Assembly (NCBI GenBank): GCA_965200315.1
Contig: OZ241362.1
Location: 672,001 to 736,000, forward strand
Length of the DNA: 64,000 bases
Direction: 5' to 3'
Source: Candidatus Latescibacterota bacterium
GTDB taxonomy: Bacteria > Latescibacterota > UBA2968 > UBA8231
Both the position numbers and the translations under genes were made by a program. The notes under the pieces are model-generated. The model ran no database searches and had not been told where the DNA came from. It worked only from the letters and a program-made list of their open reading frames with translations. Positions 29,893-44,000 of the stretch are shown here, in pieces. Every line of letters starts with the position of its first letter. Within the stretch, counting starts at the first letter, position 1.

Positions 29893-30774
29893 ATGAGCGA
29901 AACCCCCTTAAAAATCACCCCCGAACAGCAGCGGCAGTTCGACGAAGACGGCTTCTTCCTCGTCGAAGACGCCCTGCCGCCCGACCTCATCCGTGCGCTG
30001 TTGCAACGGCTCGACGCGTTGTACGACCGCTACCGCCAAGAGCGCAACCTCGATCCCCGCCAAGCCTTTCAGATGCGCAATATCGCCACCGATTCCCTCT
30101 TTAAGGAATTGATCGACTACCCCGCCATTTTGCCGCTAATTGTGGACCTGATGGGCTACAATATCCAGCTCCGCACCTCGCACCTCGATGTGCGCCCGCC
30201 TCAGGAGCCAGCCGACGGGGAGCACGAATTGGGTGCCGCGGACAGTTTTTTCCCCTGGCACACCGACGGCCCCAATTACGGCTGGCCCGCGGTTGATGGG
30301 GTGCTGCCGTTTATGGAGATGAAGGTCGGCTATTATTTAACCGACCTGACCCAACCTTTAAGCGGTGCCATTTGCGTCGTGCGCGGCAGCCATCGCCAAT
30401 CGCCGTGGATTGACGAGGAGGCGCGCCGCGTCGATCCCGAGCGCATCGTCGAAGTCAACGTCGACCCCGGCACGGCGCTGGTCTGGCGCACAGCCTTGTA
30501 CCACTGCTTGACCCCCAATCTGTCCGACCATCCGCGCAAATGCCTGTATTACGGCTATCAGCACCGCTGGATTCGCCCCTCGGATTACGATCACCAAACC
30601 CCGGACGTCTTGGCCGGGTGCGATCCGGTGCGGCGTCAGCTTTTGGGCGAGTTGGGCACCGGCAGCACGGCCTATGCGGGCGACGACCCCTTGGTGCTGC
30701 CGGTGTCGCGTTACTGGCGGCCCAAAGACGAGGATATCCCGCTCAAGGCTTGGGCGGAGCATTATCGGTCTTAG
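29893..30774 (+). CDS. Phytanoyl-CoA dioxygenase (PhyH) family protein
   Basis: FDEDGF, WHTD, VVRGSH, LYH. Confidence 0.88.
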   Translation: MSETPLKITPEQQRQFDEDGFFLVEDALPPDLIRALLQRLDALYDRYRQERNLDPRQAFQMRNIATDSLFKELIDYPAILPLIVDLMGYNIQLRTSHLDVRPPQEPADGEHELGAADSFFPWHTDGPNYGWPAVDGVLPFMEMKVGYYLTDLTQPLSGAICVVRGSHRQSPWIDEEARRVDPERIVEVNVDPGTALVWRTALYHCLTPNLSDHPRKCLYYGYQHRWIRPSDYDHQTPDVLAGCDPVRRQLLGELGTGSTAYAGDDPLVLPVSRYWRPKDEDIPLKAWAEHYRS

Positions 30775-30791
30775 GGCCACGTACCCCTTCT

Positions 30792-30813
30792 GCTGGCGAG
30801 ACGCCCGCGCCCC
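30792..30813 (+). repeat. Degenerate REP arm
   Basis: GCTGGCGAGACGCCCGCGCCCC resembles GCGGGCGAGACGCCCGCGCACCC; intergenic. Confidence 0.6.
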
Positions 30814-30891
30814 GTTGCCCCCACCCCGGCAGGAATGTTAAGATAGCTTCTTAGACCTGCTAGCCTTACCACCAAAAGAGGAGACTGTTCC

Positions 30892-31686
30892 GTGACCCGA
30901 CCAAAACCGCGCCACCTTACCCCCGAGCAAGTCGAACGCTTCTACCTCGACGGCTGCCTGACCGTCGAAGACGTGCTGACCCCGGACGAGGTCGCCGTTT
31001 TGGCAGCCCATACCGACCGCATCGCCACCGGCGAGCTAGAGCACATCCCCGACACCAGCATCCAACTCGAACCCGTCTTCCGTCGCGGCGAAAAAGACGT
31101 CACCGACCCAGTGCTATCCGTGCGCAAACTGTACAACATAGCGGTGTACGACTGCGTAATGTGGGCCCATGTCACCCACCCCAAAATCGCCGCCATCATC
31201 GCCGACTTGCTCGGCACCGACGACATCAAGATGTACGGCGACCAGCTCTTTATGAAAGCTCCGCGCACGGGCTCGGCGCAGGGCTGGCACCAAGACTCGG
31301 CCTCTTGGCGCGACATTTTCCCCATGGACTTGGTCTCCGCTTGGACCGCCATTGACGCGGCCACCCTCGACAACGGCTGCCTCAACTTTGCCTTGGGTAC
31401 TCACCGCTGGGGCATGTTGCGGGGCGATCGTTTAGCCCCTTTTGTCGCCGATCTAGAAGGCGGCGGCTGGCCCATCCGGCCCGCTCCCCTCCGCCCCGGC
31501 AGTATCAGTTTCCACCACAGCCTAACGCTGCACCAGAGCAACGCCAATCGGACCGGCACGCGGCGCAGAGGCTATGCCGTACACTACATGCGTGCGACTT
31601 CTTGGCGCGACGAGGCAGTCACCGACGCGCCCAAGATGCCGCCCTTTAAGCAGGTGCGGGGCCGGTCTTTTCCGGGGAGGGTTTGA
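30892..31686 (+). CDS. PhyH family dioxygenase
   Basis: FMKAP, WHQD, WTAID, NGCL, TLHQSNANR. Confidence 0.9.
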   Translation: MTRPKPRHLTPEQVERFYLDGCLTVEDVLTPDEVAVLAAHTDRIATGELEHIPDTSIQLEPVFRRGEKDVTDPVLSVRKLYNIAVYDCVMWAHVTHPKIAAIIADLLGTDDIKMYGDQLFMKAPRTGSAQGWHQDSASWRDIFPMDLVSAWTAIDAATLDNGCLNFALGTHRWGMLRGDRLAPFVADLEGGGWPIRPAPLRPGSISFHHSLTLHQSNANRTGTRRRGYAVHYMRATSWRDEAVTDAPKMPPFKQVRGRSFPGRV

Positions 31687-31762
31687 GCACTCAACTCGCA
31701 ACATTGCCTGCGAACTGCACTATGGTACTTTGGTAGTGTAGAGATAGCTAATAGAGGTCTCG

Positions 31763-31879
31763 ATGGCGAAAGCAAATATCCTGAACACCCGCACGATCAA
31801 CTACATGGAGTTGATCGGCAACGGCAAGCTGTACCGTGTGCCTCCATACCAGCGCAGCGTCGGCGCAGGACTGGTATGA
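31763..31879 (+). pseudogene. DUF262 (GmrS-like) N-terminal stub
   Basis: MAKANILNTRTINYMELIGNGKLYRVPPYQR followed by a premature stop; xxPxYQR is the DUF262 N-terminal motif. Confidence 0.65.
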
Positions 31880-32483
31880 ATCGCTTGATGATGCTGACCA
31901 TATAACGATGCCCTTTCGCCGCCTGCGCCTTGTTGACGAAGGCGAGTTCGAGGAGTATATCCATCGGCAACTCAGCGGCAGAGAGCTTCCTAGGATGTCC
32001 GAAAGGGCGAGCAAAGTTTTTAAGAAAAAGGTCTTTGAGGTTTATCAGAATGCCGTCGTCCATTCCGAATCAGCACTCGGCGTCTTCGTTTGTGGCCAAT
32101 TCTTTCAGCAACAGCGTCGCCTCGACTTCACTATCGCCGATGTCGGTATCGGAATCCGCGAGACCGTCCGTCGTTACTTCAATAATCCCCATATCAATTC
32201 TCTCCCGGCCCTCAAATGGGCACTCAAGCCGTTTAACACTACGAAGCACGGCCCTCATCCTGGTGGGATAGGTTTTGAGTTTCTTCAGAAGTTCGCCCGC
32301 CTCAATAAAGGGAAGATTCAGATCGCCTCTCGCTTCGGGTTTTACGAGTTGAACCGGGACGAGGAAACCTTTGAGAAGATGGAGGAAGGTTTTCCTGGAA
32401 CTGCCGTAACGCTTAGGATCAACACGGCTGATGAAGCGGGCTACTTCTTGAAGAGTGAAATCGACACGGACGACGTGTCTTAA
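31836..32483 (+). CDS. Histidine kinase-like ATPase (GHKL/HATPase), probably 5'-truncated
   Basis: EVYQNAVVH N-box, IADVGIGI G1 box, GGIGF G2 box, FPGTAV; fused at the DUF262 breakpoint. Confidence 0.75.
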   Translation: MCLHTSAASAQDWYESLDDADHITMPFRRLRLVDEGEFEEYIHRQLSGRELPRMSERASKVFKKKVFEVYQNAVVHSESALGVFVCGQFFQQQRRLDFTIADVGIGIRETVRRYFNNPHINSLPALKWALKPFNTTKHGPHPGGIGFEFLQKFARLNKGKIQIASRFGFYELNRDEETFEKMEEGFPGTAVTLRINTADEAGYFLKSEIDTDDVS

Positions 32484-32501
32484 ACAAGAAAGAGTGAAAC
32501 C

Positions 32502-32861
32502 GTGCCTGAACCAATTACTGTGCAAGTGTTTGACATCATCGGCGGTCCTCTGTGCGTATCCGCCAGCGATGGCCAGCGTCTTCACGACAAGATCGCTCCG
32601 TTTCTAGAGGCGGAGACGCCGGTTGTCCTTTCGTTCAAGCGGGTAGATATACTTATCTCTGCGTTTCTGAACGCGGCAGTAGGCCAGCTCTACGGCAAGC
32701 TGTCCGAGGATCGCCTTGACGAGTTGCTTTCCTTCCGCGACTTGGCTGATGACGACCGTGAAATGCTCGCACATGTCGTCGAAAACGCTAAGCGGTACTT
32801 CAGCCGGCCTGAGGATTTTGACCGAGCATGGCGTGAGGAACTGGGCGATGAAGAAGAATAA
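32502..32861 (+). CDS. STAS-like domain protein (DUF4325)
   Basis: GQRLHDKI...VVLSFKRVDILISAFLNAAVGQLY signature. Confidence 0.8.
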   Translation: MPEPITVQVFDIIGGPLCVSASDGQRLHDKIAPFLEAETPVVLSFKRVDILISAFLNAAVGQLYGKLSEDRLDELLSFRDLADDDREMLAHVVENAKRYFSRPEDFDRAWREELGDEEE

Positions 32862-33398
32862 GGCGCATGATCTGACTGCCTATTCGTTCAGCAAGGGCGA
32901 AACTTTCCTACTCGATGCCAACGTATGGCTCTATCTGTATCCACCACCATTCAAAAGCACAAGCAAATTCTCCACTCAATACACCAACGGGTTAAAATCC
33001 ATGCAGTCCGCAGGCGCACAATTGATCATGGACGCGATGGTGCTCAGTGAATATCTGAATGCCTACTGCCGCATTGAGTGGAAGGCCCTGCACCAGATCC
33101 AGTATCCTAAATTCAAGTCATTCCGCAAGTCGGCGGCCTTCAAAGCGGTTGGCAACAGTGCGGCTTCCTCTACGCGCTCCATGCTCAAACTCTGTACCTG
33201 CCACGATCATCCTTTTGCTGCGGCCAATATCAATCAAGTGATGGCTGATTTTGCATCAGGAGCGATTGATTTCAATGACGGCTTACTAGCTGAAACATGT
33301 CGCCATAATGGCTGGAAACTGGTTACGAATGACAGCGATTTTACGTCCGGCGGCATTGAGGTCTTGACCACCAACCCGAGACTCTTAGCCGTCTGCCC

Positions 33399-33402
<4 letters not shown>
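32848..33402 (+). CDS. PIN domain nuclease
   Basis: [25 protein letters not shown]; start overlaps the DUF4325 gene and stop overlaps the methylase ATG. Confidence 0.85.
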
Positions 33403-37081
<3,679 letters not shown>

Positions 37082-37085
<4 letters not shown>

Positions 37086-37427
37086 ATGTGGCCGCCTCGG
37101 AAACATTTATATCAACTATGGTGGACCGCATAGTGAGAGGCTTCCAGCCTTCGCGGGTGGTCCTCTTCGGCTCCCATGCACGGGGCACAGCAACCGAATG
37201 GAGCGACGTTGACTTGCTCGTAATTCTGCCCAATGTGTCCGACAAGCGGCACACGGCCATCGAGATCCGCCGGGCCTTGGGCGATCTGCCAGTTTGCCAG
37301 GACATAAGTAATAGCAACTCCCGAAGAAGTGGCTCGCCGCGGACACCTTGTAGGAACCGCGTTGCGTTCAGCACTCCGCGAAGGGAAAGTTGTCGAACGC
37401 GAGAAATCCCCCACACAGCCCGATTGA
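37082..37427 (+). pseudogene. Minimal nucleotidyltransferase (MNT) with +1 frameshift near 37307
   Basis: LFGSHARG...SDVDLLV; removing one A in GACATAAGTA restores DIVIATPEEVARRGHLVGTALRSALREGKV, the usual MNT C-terminus. Confidence 0.75.
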
Positions 37428-37449
37428 CGAACACGAGTGAGGAATAACC

Positions 37450-40400
37450 ATGGCCATTACCAATCAAGAGCGCGTCGGCAAGGCCCTCGAACTCCTCAAG
37501 GACGGCCTCGGCCCCTTTGTCGAGCGCGAGGTGCAAGACAAAATCAAGACCGGCGGCGTACACATGGACACCATCCGACGCTTTGTCGATGATCCACACC
37601 TAGCCGACAAGCCCATAGAGCAGTGGGATGTAGCCGCCCTCCTCAAGCTAATGTGGGAAACGTGGAACGACGCGTTCCGCCATGTACTGGGCCATGCCGA
37701 GCGCAGCCTCGTCAGCGAAATCCGCGACCAGCGCAACAAGTGGGCGCACCAAGACAGCTTCTCCAGCGACGACGCCGACCGCACCCTCGACTCCGTCGCC
37801 CGCCTGCTGACGGCCGTCTCCGCAACGCAAGCAGCCGAGGTCAATCGCATGAAGATGGAGTTGCGCCGTCTAGTCTTTGAGGAACAAGCGCGCAGCGAGC
37901 GGCGGCGCAGCGGCGGCACCACCGTCGAGGGCCAAGCCAGCGGCAGCCTAAAACCCTGGCGCGAGGTCGCGGCCCCGCATCCCGACGTAGCCAGCGGCGG
38001 CTACCAGCAGGCCGAGTTCGCCGCCGACCTGTGGCAGGTCCATCTCGGCGAAGGCACGGACGAGTACCGCAATCCAGTAGAATTCTTCCGCCGCACCTAT
38101 CTGACGGAAAGCCTGAAGAGCCTGCTGAGTGGAGCATTACAGAGGCTGAGCGGTCAGGGCGGCGATCCAGTGGTGGAGCTACAGACCAACTTCGGCGGCG
38201 GCAAGACCCACTCCATGCTGGCCCTGTACCATCTATTCTCTGGAATGCCAACCGGCGAATTGCTGGGCATCGACGACCTGATAGCCTCAGCCGAAATCAC
38301 CGCCCGGCCCGACCACGTCAAACGGGTCGTGCTAGTCGGCAACAAAATCTCGCCCGGCAACCCGTCGGCCAAGGAAGATGGCACCGTGGTCAAAACGCTG
38401 TGGGGCGAACTGGCTTGGCAGCTCGGCGGCCGGGCGGCCTTCGACCAAGTGCGGCAGGACGACGAGCGCGCCACCAGCCCAGGCGACACCCTCCGCGCAC
38501 TAATGAACGAATATGGGCCGTGCCTCATTCTGATCGACGAATGGGTTGCCTATGCCCGCCAGTTGCACGACGACGCCGACCTGCCAGCCGGCAGTTTTGA
38601 AACCCACTTCAGCTTTGCCCAGACCTTGACCGAATCCGCACGAGCGGCGAACTGTTGCCTGCTGGTGATCAGCTTGCCGTCAGCGGATACGACAATCTCC
38701 CCCCATGCCCAAGGTGAAGACGAGGAAGTCGGGGGCCTCCGCGGGCGGGCGGCACTGGCGCGGCTCAAAAACGTCATTGGCCGCGTCGAATCCTCCTGGA
38801 CGCCAGCGAGTACCGAAGAAGGCTTTGAGATCGTGCGCCGCCGGCTGTTTGAACCCTTGAGCGAGCGCGAGCAATTCACGGCCCGCGACAATGTCGCGCG
38901 CACCTTCGCCGACTTCTACCGCGCCCAGCAGGAATTCCCGGCCGAATGCCGAGACGCCGACTACGAGCGCCGCCTGCGCACGGCCTATCCAATTCATCCA
39001 GAAGTCTTCGACCGGCTCTACACAGACTGGTCCGCGCTGGTGAAATTTCAGCGCACACGCGGCGTCCTGCGTCTGATGGCCGCGGTCATCCACAGCCTAT
39101 GGGAATCCGGCGACCGCAACCCCCTGATCATGCCAGCGCACATCCCCATTGACGACCTGCACGTCCGCAACGAGCTGACCCGCTACCTGTCCGACAACTG
39201 GACGCCGATCATCGAAGCGGATGTCGATGGCCCCAATGCGCTGCCGCAGCGCATTGACAGCGAGGTAGCGAACTTGGGCAAGTTCTCGGCAACCCGCCGG
39301 GTGGCGCGCACCGTGTACCTCGGCTCCGCGCCTACGACCTCGGTGGCCAATCGCGGCCTTGAGGACCGCCGCATCAAGCTCGGCTGCGCCATGCCGGGCG
39401 AAACCCCGGCGATCTTTGGCGATGCCCTGCGTCGCCTGAGCACACAGGCGACCTTTCTCTATCAGGATGGCCCGCGCTACTGGTACTCAACCCAGCCTAC
39501 CGTCACTAAGCTGGCAGAAGACCGGGCCGATCAATTCAGACGCGATACCGCGCCAGTAGTGGCCGAGCTCGAACAGCGGTTGCGCTCCGACCTACGCACC
39601 ACCGGCGACTTCCAGCGCATCCATGCGGTGCCGCAATCCGGCGCGGATATCCCCGACGACATGGACACTCGGCTGGTGGTGCTAGGGCCTGAGCACCCGC
39701 ACAGCAGCGGGTCGAACAGTACAGCGCAGGCCGCGGCCACCACCATGCTCGAAAATCGCGGCAACACCCCGCGCCTCTTCCGCAATACGCTGGTCTTTCT
39801 CGCCGTTGATCAGACTCGCCTACAGGACTTGGATGAAGCGGTTCGTCGCTTTTTGGCGTGGTCGTCCATCCTCCAAGACAAGGAAAGCCTAAACCTCGAC
39901 CCGCATCAGGTGCGCCAAGCCGAAGCGCAGTTGAAGTCGGCCGACGACGCGGTGACGGCGCGGCTACCAGAGGCCTACCTGTGGCTCCTCGTGCCGGTGC
40001 AGTCCACGCCCGCGGCCGCAGTCGAGTGGCAGGCTCTGCGGCTGACTGGGCAAGACCCGCTCGCCGTGCGCGTCAGCAAGAAGCTGCGGTCGGAAGAGCT
40101 GTTGGTCCCGGTGCTTGCGGGTACGCGCTTGCGCCTCGAACTCGACCGGGTGCCCTTGTGGCGCGGCGCTCACGTGGAGATCCGCCAGTTGGCAGACCAC
40201 TTCGCCCGCTACCCCTACCTGCCCCGCCTCGCTGGCCCAGCGGTCCTAATTGAGGCCATTCAAGACGGGTTGGGGCTGCTCCTCTGGACAGACGAATCGT
40301 TCGCCTACGCCGATGCCTTCGACGAGGCCACGAGTCGCTATCGCGGACTCCGCTGCGGCCGCGCGGTCGCCCTGCTCAGCCCGGAGAGCGATGGGCTACT

Positions 40401-40779
40401 GGTCAAGCCTGAAGTCGCAATCGCCCAGCAGGAATCCGAGCCAGCGGCCGCCGCAAGCAGGTTGGGCGGTGCTGAGCCAGGGGTCAGCGCGTCGGCCGGT
40501 GCCGGCACCAGCCCAGAGCCGGCACCCGCTCCACCCGAGCAGAAAGCGCGGCGCTTTCACGGGGCCGTGGCCCTCGATGCCACCCGCGTCGGCCGCGACG
40601 CGAGCCAGATCGCCGATGAGGTCATTGCCCATCTAGCCGGCTTGGTAGGTGCAAAAGTGACCGTAACCCTAGAGATAGAGGCCGAAATCCCCTCGGGTGC
40701 GCCCGATCACGTCGTGCGCACCGTCACCGAGAACAGCCGAACGCTCAAGTTCGCCAGTCAGGGTTTTGAACGAGAATAG
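37450..40779 (+). CDS. DUF499/COG1483 AAA+ ATPase with N-terminal Swt1-like HEPN domain
   Basis: RNKWAH (RxxxxH), EFAADL, TNFGGGKTHS Walker A, ILIDEW Walker B, YPIHPE, FQRTRGVLR. Confidence 0.9.
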   Translation: MAITNQERVGKALELLKDGLGPFVEREVQDKIKTGGVHMDTIRRFVDDPHLADKPIEQWDVAALLKLMWETWNDAFRHVLGHAERSLVSEIRDQRNKWAHQDSFSSDDADRTLDSVARLLTAVSATQAAEVNRMKMELRRLVFEEQARSERRRSGGTTVEGQASGSLKPWREVAAPHPDVASGGYQQAEFAADLWQVHLGEGTDEYRNPVEFFRRTYLTESLKSLLSGALQRLSGQGGDPVVELQTNFGGGKTHSMLALYHLFSGMPTGELLGIDDLIASAEITARPDHVKRVVLVGNKISPGNPSAKEDGTVVKTLWGELAWQLGGRAAFDQVRQDDERATSPGDTLRALMNEYGPCLILIDEWVAYARQLHDDADLPAGSFETHFSFAQTLTESARAANCCLLVISLPSADTTISPHAQGEDEEVGGLRGRAALARLKNVIGRVESSWTPASTEEGFEIVRRRLFEPLSEREQFTARDNVARTFADFYRAQQEFPAECRDADYERRLRTAYPIHPEVFDRLYTDWSALVKFQRTRGVLRLMAAVIHSLWESGDRNPLIMPAHIPIDDLHVRNELTRYLSDNWTPIIEADVDGPNALPQRIDSEVANLGKFSATRRVARTVYLGSAPTTSVANRGLEDRRIKLGCAMPGETPAIFGDALRRLSTQATFLYQDGPRYWYSTQPTVTKLAEDRADQFRRDTAPVVAELEQRLRSDLRTTGDFQRIHAVPQSGADIPDDMDTRLVVLGPEHPHSSGSNSTAQAAATTMLENRGNTPRLFRNTLVFLAVDQTRLQDLDEAVRRFLAWSSILQDKESLNLDPHQVRQAEAQLKSADDAVTARLPEAYLWLLVPVQSTPAAAVEWQALRLTGQDPLAVRVSKKLRSEELLVPVLAGTRLRLELDRVPLWRGAHVEIRQLADHFARYPYLPRLAGPAVLIEAIQDGLGLLLWTDESFAYADAFDEATSRYRGLRCGRAVALLSPESDGLLVKPEVAIAQQESEPAAAASRLGGAEPGVSASAGAGTSPEPAPAPPEQKARRFHGAVALDATRVGRDASQIADEVIAHLAGLVGAKVTVTLEIEAEIPSGAPDHVVRTVTENSRTLKFASQGFERE

Positions 40780-40788
40780 ACTCTGCTT

Positions 40789-40836
40789 GGGTGCGCGGGC
40801 GTCTCGCCCGCCTGCGGGCGAGACGCCCGCGCACCC
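40789..40836. repeat. Perfect 23-bp REP hairpin
   Basis: GGGTGCGCGGGCGTCTCGCCCGC-CT-GCGGGCGAGACGCCCGCGCACCC. Confidence 0.92.
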
Positions 40837-40920
40837 GAGGAGATAGAGAGGGTCCGCGGTCGAAACCCCGAGGGGTTGTCGAGACGCCCGACTGCGTAAC
40901 GTCAGTTAGTGACCTGTCCA

Positions 40921-41081
40921 CCCTCTGACCCGCATGCGAGCGAGACGCCCATTTCAAGTAAGGCAGGCGATCTCCGAAATGCCCTCTGACACGCATGCGG
41001 GCGAGACGCCCATCAAGACCGCTCACTATTGGACCACCAAACCCCTCTGACACGCAAAGCGGGCGAGACGCCCGCGCACCC
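40921..41081 (+). repeat. Three ~32-nt direct repeats separated by 29-nt spacers (61-nt period)
   Basis: CCCTCTGAC(C/A)CGCATGCG(A/G)GCGAGACGCCC at 40921 and 40982, and a variant with CAAAGC in place of CATGC at 41043; core CGAGACGCCC also at 40819 and 40880 in the same phase. Confidence 0.8.
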
Positions 41082-41098
41082 GGGGAGATAGACTTAGC

Positions 41099-44000
41099 GT
41101 GACGCTTGAAGACCTCCAGCCCAACGCCGCGGTGCGCGGCATTCTCACCGATGGCCTCGCGGTGGTCGTCAGCGTACAGTGGTTTGGCTCCGAGGCCCTC
41201 GAACTGACCTACAAGACGCCGGACGGCAAAGTAGCCAATGAGCTGCTCTACCGCTCCGACGAGGCGCGGCTCGAAGTGGTCCAACAGGGGCCGCCGTGGA
41301 GCTTTGACGGCGATGGGGCCTTGTTCCGGCTGGTGTCTGAGGCCCTGCGTATCCGCTTGGCGCATCTGTTCGATCCCGTCCTAGCGGTCCACACCTCAAT
41401 CGTCGAGCCGTTGCCCCATCAGATCACCGCAGTGTACGAATCCATGCTACCGCGCCAGCCGCTGCGCTTCCTCCTCGCCGACGATCCGGGGGCCGGCAAG
41501 ACCATCATGGCTGGCCTACTCATCAAGGAGCTGATCGCCCGCGGCGATCTCGAACGGTGCCTCATCGTCTGCCCCGGCAGCCTCGCCGAGCAATGGCAGG
41601 ACGAACTCTATCAGCGCTTTGAGTTGCCCTTTGAGATTATGACCAACGACAAACTCGCAGCCGCCCCTACCGGCAATTGGTTTTTGCAAGCCAACCTCGT
41701 CATCGCCCGCCTCGACAAGCTAGCACGCGACGAACAGGTGCAGCAGCAGCTCCAAGCACCAGACGCCGGCTGGGATCTGGTCGTATGCGACGAGGCACAC
41801 AAGATGTCGGCCAGTTTCTTCGGGGGCGAAATTCGCTACACAAAGCGCTATCGGCTAGGACAGTTGTTATCGACATTGACGCGCCACCTCCTGCTGATGA
41901 CGGCGACGCCGCACAACGGCAAGGAAGAAGACTTCCAGCTATTCATGGCACTACTTGACAGCGACCGCTTTGAGGGCCGCTTCCGCGATGGCGTCCACGT
42001 GGCCGATGTCTCGGACCTGATGCGGCGCATGGTCAAGGAGCGGCTGCTCAAGTTCGACGGCAAGCCCCTGTTCCCCGAGCGCATCGCCTATACCGTGCCT
42101 TACCAGCTTTCAGAGGCAGAAGCCCAGCTCTACGAGGCGGTCACCAACTATGTGCGGGAGGAGTTCAATCGGGCGGACGCGCTCGCCAACGCCAAGCGGG
42201 CCGGCACGGTCGGCTTCGCCCTGACGATCCTCCAGCGGCGGCTCGCTTCGTCCCCTGAGGCGATCTACCAGTCGCTACGCCGACGGTGCGAGCGCTTGGA
42301 GCGTCGCCTGTGCGAGTTGGAAAAATCCCGGCGCAACGACGCGGTCGCGTCCACAGCCCCAGCACTCGATGCCGAAGACCTCGAAGACCTCGAAGACTCA
42401 CCAGAGCACGAGGTCGAAGCCGCCGAAACGCGCATCCTCGACCAAGCGACCGCCGCCCGCTCCATCGCCGAACTGAAGGCGGAAATCGACATCCTGAAGA
42501 TGCTAAAAGAGCGCGCGCTTGATGTCCGTCGCCGCGGTGGAGACGCCAAGTGGCGGGAACTGGCAAGCCTGCTCAGCGAGGTTTTTACCGCGTCCGCGAT
42601 AAGCGGCAAAATTGGCGAGCCGACAACGCCCTACGGCGGTGGCAAGCTCCCCCGTCCAGTGCCCTCCCCTACCCAGAAACTGGTGCTCTTCACCGAGCAC
42701 CGCGACACGCTCCACTATCTGCAAGACCGCATCACCACCTTGCTTGGACGTGCGGAGGCGGTGGTCGTCCTGCGTGGAGGCCTAGACCGCGCGGATCGCC
42801 ACCAAGCGCAGGAAGCCTTCCGCCACGACCCCGCGGTCCAGGTGCTATTGGCCACCGATGCCGCTGGCGAAGGAATCAACCTCCAGCGGGCGCACTTGAT
42901 GGTCAACTACGACCTCCCTTGGAACCCGAACCGCCTAGAGCAGCGCTTCGGTCGCATCCACCGAATCGGCCAGACGGAAGTGTGCCATCTGTGGAATCTG
43001 GTCGCGGAAGAAACCCGCGAGGGCGACGTGTACCAGCGCCTGCTGACGAAGCTAGAACAGGCGCGGCAGGCCCTCGGCGGTCAGGTGTTTGACGTGCTCG
43101 GCAAGCTCGAATTCGCGGGCCGACCGTTGCGCGACCTCCTGCTCGAAGCCATCCGCTACGGCGAGCAGCCAAGAGTGCGCGCCCATCTCGACACGGCGGT
43201 CGATCAGGCACTCGACCAAAGCGCACTGCAAGGCCTGTTAGAGGAGCGGCAGCTCGTCCACGACGCAATGGACGCCAACCGCTTGCAGGAGGTGCGCGCA
43301 GAGATGGAGCGGGCCGCGGCACGCCGCCTACAGCCTCATTACATCGAGGCGTTTTTTCTAGAGGCGTTTCAGCGAATCGGTGGTGCGGCCCGGCAGCGCG
43401 AGCCGCGCCGCTACGAGGTTACACATGTCCCCGCGCCAATCCGCACCCAAAGCGTCCCGGTGCTCCCGCGCTACGAACGGATCGCCTTCGACAAATCGCT
43501 GGTGGCGCGGCCGGGGCAGCCAACGGCGGCGTTCGTTTGCCCCGGACACCCCCTGCTCGACGCCGTCCTCGACCTGACCCTGGAGCAGCACCGCGAGCTG
43601 CTCCAGCGCGGAGCGGTCCTAGTCGACGAGCGCGATTTGGGGCCGACACCGCGGGTGCTTTTCTATCTCGAACACGCCATTCAAGACGCGAGCCGGACGC
43701 GGGCCGGCAACCGCCGGATGGTCTCCAAGCAGATGCTCTACGTCGAAATCGACGCCGCTGGCAACGCCCGCCACCTGCACTACGCCCCCTACTTGGACTA
43801 TCGGCCGCTGGGCCAAGACGAGCCTAGCGTTGCGGCCATCTTGGAGCGGCCGGAATGCGCGTGGATCAACCGAGAAGTGGAGCAGAAGGTCCAAGCTCAT
43901 GCCGTCGCTCACGTCGTCCCCGAGCATCTAGCCCAAGTCCGCGAGCCCAAGCTGGCGTTGATCGCCAAGACTGAGGCCGCAGTCCAAGACCGTCTGACCA

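Noticed and set aside
40921-41081. Calling the array a canonical CRISPR
   Set aside because: Only three full repeats, with mismatches; no cas genes or AT-rich leader; the repeat is REP-derived. Reported as a repeat and a hypothesis instead.
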